Shown here piece by piece: positions 50,265 to 58,543 of a stretch of DNA of 64,000 bases; position 1 is the stretch's first letter, and every line of letters begins with the position of its first letter. The notes under the pieces are model-generated. The model was not told the DNA's origin and did no database searches. It saw only the letters and a list, made by a program, of their open reading frames with translations. Made by a program: the position numbers and the translations under genes. The stretch spans positions 276,958-340,957 of the forward strand of contig JAYOEY010000002.1 in the NCBI GenBank assembly GCA_038116945.1, written 5' to 3'. The stretch comes from Rhodospirillales bacterium (lineage in GTDB: Bacteria > Pseudomonadota > Alphaproteobacteria > MPNO01 > UBA2964).

Positions 50265-52586
50265 ATGACTGACGGAGAGCGGACTTCAGCGGGAGCGACA
50301 GCTGTTGCGGCGCTCTCCCGGCAGGCTGCGGACCGCCAACAGGCCGGCGATCTGGATGCCGCCGCCCGGGCCTACGAGGAAATTCTCCGGATCGACGGGA
50401 ACCATATCGACGCGCTGACCAATCTCGGCGCCCTTGAGCTTCAGCGGGGCAATTTTACGGACGCGGTGCGTTTGCTCGATGCGTCGCTGAGCCGGAAACC
50501 CGATCAGTTTTTCGCCCTCAACTGCATCGGTTGCGCGCTGCAGGAACTGGGAGACATCGACTCCGCCGTAAAATGTTTCCAGCGGTCCGTTTCCCTGCGG
50601 CCGGATTTCGCCGATGCGCATTACAATTGCGGCAACGCCCTCTACGCGCAGGGCCGGCGAGACGAAGCCCTTGCGGCCTACGATCGCGCTTTGTCCGTTG
50701 CGCCCGACTATGCCGATGCGGTTCTCAACCGGGGAATCGTGCTTGCTGAGCTGGCCCGCTTCGACGAGGCGCTTGCCTCCTTCGATTCCCTCGCTGTCCG
50801 CTATCCCGACCATCCGGTGTCCCATTTCAACAGGGGCGCCGCGCTGTCGGAACTCGGGCGTTACGAGGAGGCGCTGGCTGCCTACGACCGGTATCTGGCG
50901 CTCGCGGAAGATGACGCCGAAATCCACAATCGGCGGGGCAATATGCAGCGGGCGCTCGGGCGGGGTCTGGACGCGCTGGCGAGTTACGACGCCGCCCTTC
51001 AGTTCGATGACGGAATTGTCGAGCTTCATCTGAACCGGGCCGGGGTGCTGCTCGATCTGCATTTTGCCAAGGACTCTCTGGAGAGCGTCGATGCGGCGCT
51101 GTCGCTCGATCCCGGAAACGAGGACGCGCACGCGATCCGCGGCAGGGCGCTGCTTTCCCTTCGACGCCATCGAGAGGCGATTGCGGCGTTCGAGACGGTC
51201 GAAGGTCATATCGACAGGCAGAATTTTCTCGCCGGCAGCCTGCTTCATGCCCGGCAGCAGATATGCGACTGGTCGAACGGTGACGGCGACCTGGAGGCGG
51301 TCCTGAAGGGCCTCGATGCCGGTCGCGCGGCTGCAGTGCCCTATGTGATGCTGTCGGCCGGCACCACGCCGGAGCAGCAGAAACGCTTCTCCGACGCATA
51401 CAATCGCCAGTTATTCCCCCATCTTCTCGGGAACGGATGGCAGGCGCCGGCGTACGATCACGACCGGATCCGCGTCGGCTATTTTTCCGCCGATTTCAGG
51501 GTTCATCCGGTCGCCTGTCTGATCGCCGGGATGTTCGAATCTCACGACAGGTCGGCGTTCGAGATCACGGCGTTTTCCTTCGGTCCGCCCGACGAGGACG
51601 AGATGCGCACCCGGATCGCCCTGGCGTTCGACGAATTCGTCGAATGCTCCGACAGCGGCGACGACGAAATCGCTGCACTGGCGCGGGAGAAGGAGATCGA
51701 CATCGCAGTCGATCTCAACGGTTTTACGGCAGGCGCGCGCACCCATCTGTTTGCCGAACGCGTCGCGCCTGTGCAGGTAAACTATCTCGGTTATCCCGGG
51801 ACAATGGGATCGGGATACATGGATTATCTGATGGCGGACGCGGTGCTGATTCCCGACGAACACCGTTCCGCGTACGGCGAAAGGATAGTCTATCTGCCGG
51901 ACAGCTATCAGCCCAATGACCGCCGGCGCGCCATCGCGAACCGGCAGTTCGGGCGGGCGGAGCTGGGTCTGCCGGAAGACGGGTTCGTGTTCTGCTGTTT
52001 CAACAACAATTTCAAGATCGGGCCGTTTGTGTTCGATATCTGGATGCGCATCCTTGCCGGCGTGCCCGGCAGCGTCCTGTGGCTTGTCGCGTCGAACGAG
52101 GATGCGGCGGCCAGTCTGAAACGAGAAGCAGAGAGCAGGGGTGTCTCCGCCGACCGGCTGGTTTTCGCTTCGCGGATGCCGCTCTCCGACCATCTCGCGC
52201 GCATGCGCCAGGCGGACCTGTCGCTCGATACGCCCTTCTATAACGGCCACACGACGACGAGCGACGCGCTGTGGGCCGGCGTCCCCGTCATCACCTGTCC
52301 GGGCGAGACTTTTGCCGGCCGGGTCGCTGCAAGCATCCTGACTGCGGCGGGCATGACCGACCTGATCGCCCCTGACTGGGCGGCGTACGAAGCGCTGGCG
52401 CTGGATCTGGCGCGAAATCCCGATCGTCTGACGGCGATTCGCGGCAGGCTGGCCGCGGAGAGGGAGCGCTGCGCGCTGTTCGATACCGAGCGTCAGACCC
52501 GGCATGTCGAGGAGGCCTATCGTCGGATGATCGGCCGCCACCGGGACGGTCTGCCGCCCGAAGACATGCGCATCGACGGCGGCTGA
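50265..52586 (+). CDS. TPR-repeat protein fused to a GT41 (O-GlcNAc transferase-like) glycosyltransferase domain
   Basis: It has about 8 TPR repeats at the N-terminus. The C-terminal half matches OGT/SPINDLY-family catalytic regions (…FCCFNNNFKIGP…, …GHTTTSDALWAGVPVIT…). Confidence 0.8.
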   Translation: MTDGERTSAGATAVAALSRQAADRQQAGDLDAAARAYEEILRIDGNHIDALTNLGALELQRGNFTDAVRLLDASLSRKPDQFFALNCIGCALQELGDIDSAVKCFQRSVSLRPDFADAHYNCGNALYAQGRRDEALAAYDRALSVAPDYADAVLNRGIVLAELARFDEALASFDSLAVRYPDHPVSHFNRGAALSELGRYEEALAAYDRYLALAEDDAEIHNRRGNMQRALGRGLDALASYDAALQFDDGIVELHLNRAGVLLDLHFAKDSLESVDAALSLDPGNEDAHAIRGRALLSLRRHREAIAAFETVEGHIDRQNFLAGSLLHARQQICDWSNGDGDLEAVLKGLDAGRAAAVPYVMLSAGTTPEQQKRFSDAYNRQLFPHLLGNGWQAPAYDHDRIRVGYFSADFRVHPVACLIAGMFESHDRSAFEITAFSFGPPDEDEMRTRIALAFDEFVECSDSGDDEIAALAREKEIDIAVDLNGFTAGARTHLFAERVAPVQVNYLGYPGTMGSGYMDYLMADAVLIPDEHRSAYGERIVYLPDSYQPNDRRRAIANRQFGRAELGLPEDGFVFCCFNNNFKIGPFVFDIWMRILAGVPGSVLWLVASNEDAAASLKREAESRGVSADRLVFASRMPLSDHLARMRQADLSLDTPFYNGHTTTSDALWAGVPVITCPGETFAGRVAASILTAAGMTDLIAPDWAAYEALALDLARNPDRLTAIRGRLAAERERCALFDTERQTRHVEEAYRRMIGRHRDGLPPEDMRIDGG

Positions 52587-52587
52587 T

Positions 52588-54003
52588 TTATGGCTTTGCG
52601 TCCGCGTGCCTTGTCGCGCCCGGAACGGCGGCCATGCGGGAATCGATTACCGATTTGATCTCGGCGAACCGTCCCATCTCGGCGCCCGCCAGCGTGCGGC
52701 CGGACGGCAGCTTGATCCGGAGCGGATTGACCTGCTGTCCGCCCCGATGAATCTCGTAATGGAGGTGCGGTCCGGTGGAGCGCCCGGTGGAGCCGACATA
52801 GCCGATAACCTGTCCCTGGCGGACCCGCGCGCCCCGACGGACGCCGCGGCCGTACCCGTTCATGTGGGCGTATGCGGTGGAGAAATTTCCGTTATGGCGG
52901 ATCATCACATACTTGCCGTAGCCGCCCTTGCGGCCGGCATAGGTGACGGTGCCATTGCCCGCGGCGTAGATCGGCGTACCCCGGGGGGCGGCGAAATCGA
53001 TCCCCTTGTGCATCCGCGTGTAGCCGAGGATGGGGTGCTTGCGGCGGCCGAACCCGGACGACAGGCGCGCGCCGTCGATCGGCGTTTTCATCAGCGCCTT
53101 CTGCGCGCTTCGTCCTTTCTCGTCGAAATATTCGACGCCGTGTTTTCTGGTTTCGTACCTGTAAATGCGGACGGGCTTTCCGCTCAGCACAAGCTCGGCG
53201 TGCAGGATATCGCCCCATTTGGCGATCCGCCCGTCCTTGAAATGCAGCCTTTCGGTCAGGACGGTGAAGCTGTCGCCTTCCTGGATGTCGCGCTGAAAAT
53301 CGACATCCCAGCTGTAGAGACGGATCAGCTCGACCAGAACGTTCGCCGGCAGACCCGCCCTGATCGCCGCCACGTAGAGGCTGTGCTCGATTTTTCCGGA
53401 AACGACGGCATCGCGGACATCGAGGACGCGCTTGTGCGATTCCGCCCTGTATTCGTCGCCGTCGAGGGAAACGCGTACGGTTCGCTCGACCTCCGGATCG
53501 AAGCTGAACGCGACCAGGCGTCCGGTCGTGGCGATCCTGTTTTCGGGACGCAGGAATATTTTTATTTCCTGTTTCTGGTCCAGCCTCCGCGGATTGAACA
53601 GCTTGCGCAGCGCGGCAACGGCGTTATGCGCGTCCCTTCGTTCCGCGCCTCCCCGCAGCAGGACCGTCATCAGCGTGTCGCCCCGCTTGACGGTCTCAAC
53701 CTTTTCGATGTCCGCAGGCGGCGGCGGAGGCTGGAAAACCGGTACGGGGCCGGACGCGGGATCGCCCGGCAGGGGAGTCGGCCTGGGGGCCTGAACTGTG
53801 ATCTCGGCGGCCTGTTCGGGGCGTTGCGCGTCACCGCTATAGAGCGCGAGACCGACAATTCCCGCCACGGCAATAGACGCGCCTGCAGCGATCAAACGCA
53901 TTGACGATCGGTTGATAAAAAACGACGCCGGCAACTCGATTCCAGTTCGCCGCGCTGTTTCCGGCGCGGCGCCTCCCCGGGACAATCCCAAACCCGTCGT
54001 CAC
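52588..54003 (-). CDS. M23-family metallopeptidase (membrane-anchored, Pro-rich linker)
   Basis: It has the HxxxD and HxH motifs (HKGIDFAAPRGTPI, HLHYEIH) and an N-terminal TM segment. The start is a GTG at 54003; an alternative ATG at 53901 lies directly before the TM helix. Confidence 0.8.
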   Translation of the reverse strand: MTTGLGLSRGGAAPETARRTGIELPASFFINRSSMRLIAAGASIAVAGIVGLALYSGDAQRPEQAAEITVQAPRPTPLPGDPASGPVPVFQPPPPPADIEKVETVKRGDTLMTVLLRGGAERRDAHNAVAALRKLFNPRRLDQKQEIKIFLRPENRIATTGRLVAFSFDPEVERTVRVSLDGDEYRAESHKRVLDVRDAVVSGKIEHSLYVAAIRAGLPANVLVELIRLYSWDVDFQRDIQEGDSFTVLTERLHFKDGRIAKWGDILHAELVLSGKPVRIYRYETRKHGVEYFDEKGRSAQKALMKTPIDGARLSSGFGRRKHPILGYTRMHKGIDFAAPRGTPIYAAGNGTVTYAGRKGGYGKYVMIRHNGNFSTAYAHMNGYGRGVRRGARVRQGQVIGYVGSTGRSTGPHLHYEIHRGGQQVNPLRIKLPSGRTLAGAEMGRFAEIKSVIDSRMAAVPGATRHADAKP

Positions 54004-54182
54004 GGAAGATGAGGGACGCCGAATCCCATGTCAAGGAATCAGCGGCGCCATCAGGGAAATCCGGAACGCGGCTCGTAATGCCGCTGCCCGGTCGCTGCGG
54101 TTGACGGGTTCCCAAAAGAGAATTTTACTGCTTGCCTAACCAACAAGAATTTCAAACGGCCATATCAGGGAGAAAAGAAACC

Positions 54183-56261
54183 GTGTTCCGGTCAGCCGAG
54201 CCGTTTTTCCGACCCCGTTCCGTAGCCATCGTGGGCGCATCCGAAGCAGGCGCCGGCGGGTGGCCGAAAGCGATTTACGCCAATCTCGAGTTTGCGGCGT
54301 TTCCCGCTGAGGTCTATCTGATCAACCCGCGCCGCGATGAGTTGTGGGGACGCAAGGTTTACCCCGATTTCGCCTCGCTTCCGGGGCCCGTCGATCTGGC
54401 TCTGACAATCGTTCCGGCGGAAGCCATTCCGGGCGTGCTGGCAGACGGGGTCGAGCACGGACTCAAATCCGCGCTGATCTATGCCGCCCGGTTTGGCGAG
54501 GGCGGAGATGCAGAAGGCGGCAAGCGCGCCGATGCGGTGCGGGCGCTGTGCGAGGACAAGGGTCTCGTGGTCTGCGGTCCCAACTGCATGGGCGCGATGT
54601 CGTTCGTCAAGAACATGCTGTTCTATCCGGCGGTTCGCATTCGCGGCATGCCGGTCGGACCGGTTGGCGTGGTGTTCCAGTCGGGTGGAACTTTCATGTT
54701 CTGGCTGCAGCGCGCCGCCCAGCGCGGGCTGGGATTTTCCTATGCGGTTTCGTCGGGCAACGAGCTCAATCTGGATCTCGCCGATTACATCAATTTCATG
54801 GTCGACGACCCCGATACGCAGATGATCGCCTGCATGGTCGAGGGAATCCGCCGGCCCGACGCCTTCATGGAAGCCGCCCGGCGCGCGCTCGAAGCGGAGA
54901 AGCCCATCGTCATGGTCAAGCTCGGCCGCAGCCCGGCAGGGCAGGCGGCGGCGCAGAGCCATACCGGCGCGCTCGCCAGCGACGACGCCGTGTTCGAGGC
55001 GGTGTGCCGCAAGTACGGCGTGGTGCGCGCCTATTCGCTCGACGAGATGATCGATATCTGTCTCGTGATGAAACAGCGGCGCTGGGCCAAAGGTCCCAAT
55101 ATCGGCATGGCCGGCTATTCCGGCGGCGGCAAGGGGCTGTTTCTCGATTATGCCGCCGACGAGGGTGCGATCATGGGGACGATCGGGCCCGAAAGCGTCG
55201 CTGCCGTGGAACAGCTGATCGATCCCGGCCTGTCGGGTCAGAACCCCATAGATTGCGGCGCCGGCATCGCGTCGCGCCTCAAGGATGTGACGAAGGTGTG
55301 CCTGTCGGTGGTCAACGACCCCGGCATCGACGTGTTCGCCATGCAGGGGCAGTTGCCGTCGTCGCCGGACGACACCTCCGATCACACGATTTTTTCCGAT
55401 GTCGTCGACGGCACCGACAAGCCGGTGATCGCCTATACCCGCGTATCGCAGAACGTCACGCCCGATGGCGTGGCGTTTCAGGAAAAGGCGGGATTGCCCT
55501 TCGTGCAGACCCTGCCGGTCGCCGTGCGGGCGCTGCAGGCGCTGATCGGCTATTCGGCCGCACTGAACCGGCGCGCGGCGCCGCTGCCCGAGCCATCTGG
55601 AGACCGCGCGGCGCTGCAAGGCGAAGCGTTCGAGGCGCTGCTGCGGACGGCCGGGCTGACGCCGCCGGCCGGCATTCTGGCGTCAAACGCGGCCGAAGCC
55701 GCGAACGCCGCGGCGGAGATCGGGTTTCCGGTGGTGGTCAAGATCGTCTCGCCCCAGGCAAGCCACAAGACGGAGGTCGGCGGCGTCGCTGTCGGGCTCA
55801 AGGACGCCGATGCAGTCGTCGCGGCGGCGGACGAGATGACGGCGCGGCTCTCCGCACATGACCCTTCGGCGAAAATAGAGGGGTTCCTCGTGCAGGAAAT
55901 GGTTTCCGGCGTCGAGGTGATCCTCGGCGTGCGCGAGGACCCGCAGTTCGGCCCGTTCATGATTGCGGGCCTCGGCGGCGTCGCGGTCGAAGCGATGCGC
56001 GATATCGCCTTCCGCATGCTGCCCGTTTCGGCGGCCGATGCGGCGGCCATGCTCGACGAGCTGCGCGGCAAGGCGCTGCTGGGCGAATTCCGGGGCCGCC
56101 CGGCCCGCGACCGCGCGGCGCTGGTCGCCGCCATGACCGGGCTTTCGGACCTGTTTCTCGCCCATCGCAATCATCTGGCCGATCTCGAGGTCAATCCGGT
56201 CATCGTCGGCGCGGAAGGCGAGGGCGTACGCGCTGTCGACGTGCGCCCCGTTTACCGCTAG
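54183..56261 (+). CDS. ADP-forming acyl-CoA synthetase (CoA-binding + succinyl-CoA-synthetase-like + ATP-grasp), FerA-like, paralog 1
   Basis: It has a CoA-binding Rossmann domain (PRSVAIVGASE…), a ligase-CoA domain and an ATP-grasp domain (…GFPVVVKIVSPQASHKTEVGGV…). A GTG at 54183 is preceded by AGGGAGA; the ORF-track TTG at 54132 is also possible. Confidence 0.8.
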   Translation: MFRSAEPFFRPRSVAIVGASEAGAGGWPKAIYANLEFAAFPAEVYLINPRRDELWGRKVYPDFASLPGPVDLALTIVPAEAIPGVLADGVEHGLKSALIYAARFGEGGDAEGGKRADAVRALCEDKGLVVCGPNCMGAMSFVKNMLFYPAVRIRGMPVGPVGVVFQSGGTFMFWLQRAAQRGLGFSYAVSSGNELNLDLADYINFMVDDPDTQMIACMVEGIRRPDAFMEAARRALEAEKPIVMVKLGRSPAGQAAAQSHTGALASDDAVFEAVCRKYGVVRAYSLDEMIDICLVMKQRRWAKGPNIGMAGYSGGGKGLFLDYAADEGAIMGTIGPESVAAVEQLIDPGLSGQNPIDCGAGIASRLKDVTKVCLSVVNDPGIDVFAMQGQLPSSPDDTSDHTIFSDVVDGTDKPVIAYTRVSQNVTPDGVAFQEKAGLPFVQTLPVAVRALQALIGYSAALNRRAAPLPEPSGDRAALQGEAFEALLRTAGLTPPAGILASNAAEAANAAAEIGFPVVVKIVSPQASHKTEVGGVAVGLKDADAVVAAADEMTARLSAHDPSAKIEGFLVQEMVSGVEVILGVREDPQFGPFMIAGLGGVAVEAMRDIAFRMLPVSAADAAAMLDELRGKALLGEFRGRPARDRAALVAAMTGLSDLFLAHRNHLADLEVNPVIVGAEGEGVRAVDVRPVYR

Positions 56262-56286
56262 GCGCGTTTCGTTAGAGGGAAAGACA

Positions 56287-57441
56287 ATGGATTACGAACT
56301 GCCCGAAGAGCTGCGCATGCTGAAGGAAACGGTGCGCCGTTTCGTCGACCGGGAAATCATTCCGGTCGAGCGAGAGGCCTATGAGGGCCATCAGCTCAAA
56401 CCCGATTACCGTGCACGGTTCGAGGAGGGCGCGAAGAAAATCGGGCTCTGGATGTTCGACGTGCCGGAGGAATATGGCGGGCTCGGCATGGGGCTTCTGG
56501 CGCGCTGCGTGGTGTGGGAGGAGATGGGGCGCACCATCGCCATCCCGACGCGCGGCGGCCACATCTTCGGCCCCGTGGTCAGCCCGATCCTCTACTATCT
56601 CAACGACGAGCAGAAGGAACGCTATCTGTGGCCGGTGCTGCGGGGCGAACGGCGCGCCTGCTTCGCGCAGACCGAACCGGACGCCGGCGGCGATCCCGGC
56701 GGCATGCGTTCCACAGCGGTCCGCGACAGGGATCATTACGTCATTAACGGCTACAAGCGCTTCATCACCGGCGCCGACAAGGCGGATTTCGCGCAGGTAC
56801 AGGCGGCCACCGACCGGTCCAAGGGATCGCGCGGCGGCATCTCCACCTTCCTGGTCGACATGGACACCCCCGGCATCGAGCTGGTGCGGCCGCAACAGAC
56901 CATGATGGACGACCGGCCATGGGAGCTGTCGTTCCAGGACGTGCGCGTGCCGGTCGAGAACCGTATCGGCGAGGAAGGCGAAGGCTTCAAGTTCGGCCAG
57001 ACCTGGATTACCGCCGGGCGCATGCGCCACGCTGCGCGCGGCATCGGCGTTGCGGAACGCTGCATGGAACTCGCCGGCAGCTATACCAACCAGCGCGAGA
57101 CGTTCGGCCAGAAGCTGTCGGCGCGTCAGGCGGTGCAGACCATGATGGTCGACACCTGGATGGAGACCAAGTCGCTCAGGCTGTTCGTTTACAACGTGGC
57201 GGCCCGTTTCGACGCCGGAGAAGACATCCGGTACGATTCCTACATGGCGAAGGTAAAGGGCGACGAACATGCCTACCGGTCGACCGATGTCTGCATGCAG
57301 GTGCATGGCGGCATCGGGCTGACGACCGACCTGCCGATCGAAAAACTGTGGCGAGATTCCCGGTCGATGGTCATCACCGAGGGTCCGCCGGAAGTCCTGC
57401 GCATGGTGATCGCGCGCGCTTTTTACCGCGAATACGGATAA
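56287..57441 (+). CDS. Acyl-CoA dehydrogenase
   Basis: It has the ACAD fold with a Glu catalytic-base region (…YRSTDVCMQVHGGIGLT…) and FAD-binding motifs. Confidence 0.85.
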   Translation: MDYELPEELRMLKETVRRFVDREIIPVEREAYEGHQLKPDYRARFEEGAKKIGLWMFDVPEEYGGLGMGLLARCVVWEEMGRTIAIPTRGGHIFGPVVSPILYYLNDEQKERYLWPVLRGERRACFAQTEPDAGGDPGGMRSTAVRDRDHYVINGYKRFITGADKADFAQVQAATDRSKGSRGGISTFLVDMDTPGIELVRPQQTMMDDRPWELSFQDVRVPVENRIGEEGEGFKFGQTWITAGRMRHAARGIGVAERCMELAGSYTNQRETFGQKLSARQAVQTMMVDTWMETKSLRLFVYNVAARFDAGEDIRYDSYMAKVKGDEHAYRSTDVCMQVHGGIGLTTDLPIEKLWRDSRSMVITEGPPEVLRMVIARAFYREYG

Positions 57442-57462
57442 TCGTATTCGCCTGTTTCGGTT

Positions 57463-57532
57463 CCAGCCCTCTCCCCCGCCCGGCTCCGCATCAGGAGACT
57501 CTCGCGGGATGCCGGGTGGGGGAGAGGGCTGG
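57463..57532. other. GC-rich 22-bp inverted repeat (stem-loop) in the ACAD-HCHL intergenic region
   Basis: CCAGCCCTCTCCCCCGCCCGGC (57463-57484) is complementary to GCCGGGTGGGGGAGAGGGCTGG (57511-57532) with a single G·U-type mismatch. The loop is 26 nt and there is no T-tract. Confidence 0.8.
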
Positions 57533-57567
57533 AGAAGACGTCAATCCCGCACAAATGGAGGAAACCA

Positions 57568-58488
57568 ATGGCGGCGAAAAAACTTGAATGCGTAAAGGTC
57601 GAAAAGAAGAACGGCATCACCTGGGTGCTGCTCAACCGGCCGGAAAAGCGGAACGCGATGAGCCCGCAGCTCCATTTCGAAATGGACGAAACGCTGAAGG
57701 AGCTCGAAACCGATCCCGAGACCCGCTGCGTCGTCATTGCCGGCAATGGCGGCTATTTCAGCGCCGGTCAGGATCTGAAGGAATTCTTCCGCGCGAACGA
57801 GAAGAACCCGGCGGGCCGCAAGGCGGCGGCCGAGGCGGCCAACCGCTGGCGCTGGGAGCGGCTCTACAAATACGACAAGCCGACCATCGCGATGGTCGAA
57901 GGCTACTGCGTCGGCGGCGCCTTCATGCAGCTCTGCGCGGTCGATTTCGTCGTCGCGGCGAATGACACCGTGTTCTCCCTCTCCGAGGTGAACTGGGGCA
58001 TCCTGCCGGGAGCGCTGGTCTCCAAGGTCATGTCAGACACGGTGCTGCCGCGTCACGCGCTGTACTATGCGTGCCTTGGCGAGCCGTTCGACGGCAAGGA
58101 AGCCGAACGCATCGGGCTGATCAATTTCTCGGTGCCGAAGAGCCAGCTCGTCAACAAGACCGTCGAGCTTGCCAAGAAGCTGATGGCCAAGAGCCCGGCG
58201 GTGCTGCGCGCCACCAAGCATGCGGTGCGTCAGGTGAGGACGATGGATTTCGATCAGTCCTACGACTATCTCGCCGCCAAGGGCCAGGCGATCAAGGTCG
58301 GCGATGCCGAGGATTCCTACAATACCGGCCTGACGCAGTTCCTCGACGAGAAGAGCTACAAGCCGACTTTCGAGCCGTTCGCGCTGAAGGACGCGCCCAA
58401 GAAGGCGGGGAAGAAGACGGCGAAAAAGGCCGCAAAGAAATCCGGCGCCAAGAAGAAAGCGGGAAAAAAAGCGGCCCGGCGTAAGTAA
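57568..58488 (+). CDS. Hydroxycinnamoyl-CoA hydratase-lyase (HCHL / feruloyl-CoA hydratase-lyase)-like crotonase with Lys/Ala-rich C-terminal tail
   Basis: It is collinear with Pseudomonas HCHL as I recall it (VLLNRPEKRNAMSP, KPTIAMV.G.C.GG, LSE.NWGI.PG.LVSK, LRA.KH…DYL.AK…QFLD.KS.KP). A 30-aa KKAGKKTAKKAAKKSGAKKKAGKKAARRK extension follows. A GGAGGA RBS precedes the ATG. Confidence 0.75.
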   Translation: MAAKKLECVKVEKKNGITWVLLNRPEKRNAMSPQLHFEMDETLKELETDPETRCVVIAGNGGYFSAGQDLKEFFRANEKNPAGRKAAAEAANRWRWERLYKYDKPTIAMVEGYCVGGAFMQLCAVDFVVAANDTVFSLSEVNWGILPGALVSKVMSDTVLPRHALYYACLGEPFDGKEAERIGLINFSVPKSQLVNKTVELAKKLMAKSPAVLRATKHAVRQVRTMDFDQSYDYLAAKGQAIKVGDAEDSYNTGLTQFLDEKSYKPTFEPFALKDAPKKAGKKTAKKAAKKSGAKKKAGKKAARRK

Positions 58489-58506
58489 GCCGGTCCGGCA
58501 TGCAGA

Positions 58507-58540
58507 GAAAAGGCGGGCTGTTTCGGCCCGCCTTTTTTTG
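58507..58540. terminator. Bidirectional Rho-independent terminator between the convergent HCHL and acyl-CoA synthetase genes
   Basis: The sequence is AGAAAAGGCGGGCTGTTTCGGCCCGCCTTTTTTTG: a 7-bp GC stem with a 7-nt loop, an A-tract upstream and a T7 tract downstream. Confidence 0.85.
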
Positions 58541-58543
58541 TCG

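Noticed and set aside
57568-58488. Possibility that the K/A-rich tail is a separate histone-like gene fused by a frameshift
   Set aside because: I could not reject this definitively. The frame is continuous with no internal stop or RBS-like sequence between the crotonase fold and the tail. It is kept as a single CDS and flagged as a finding.
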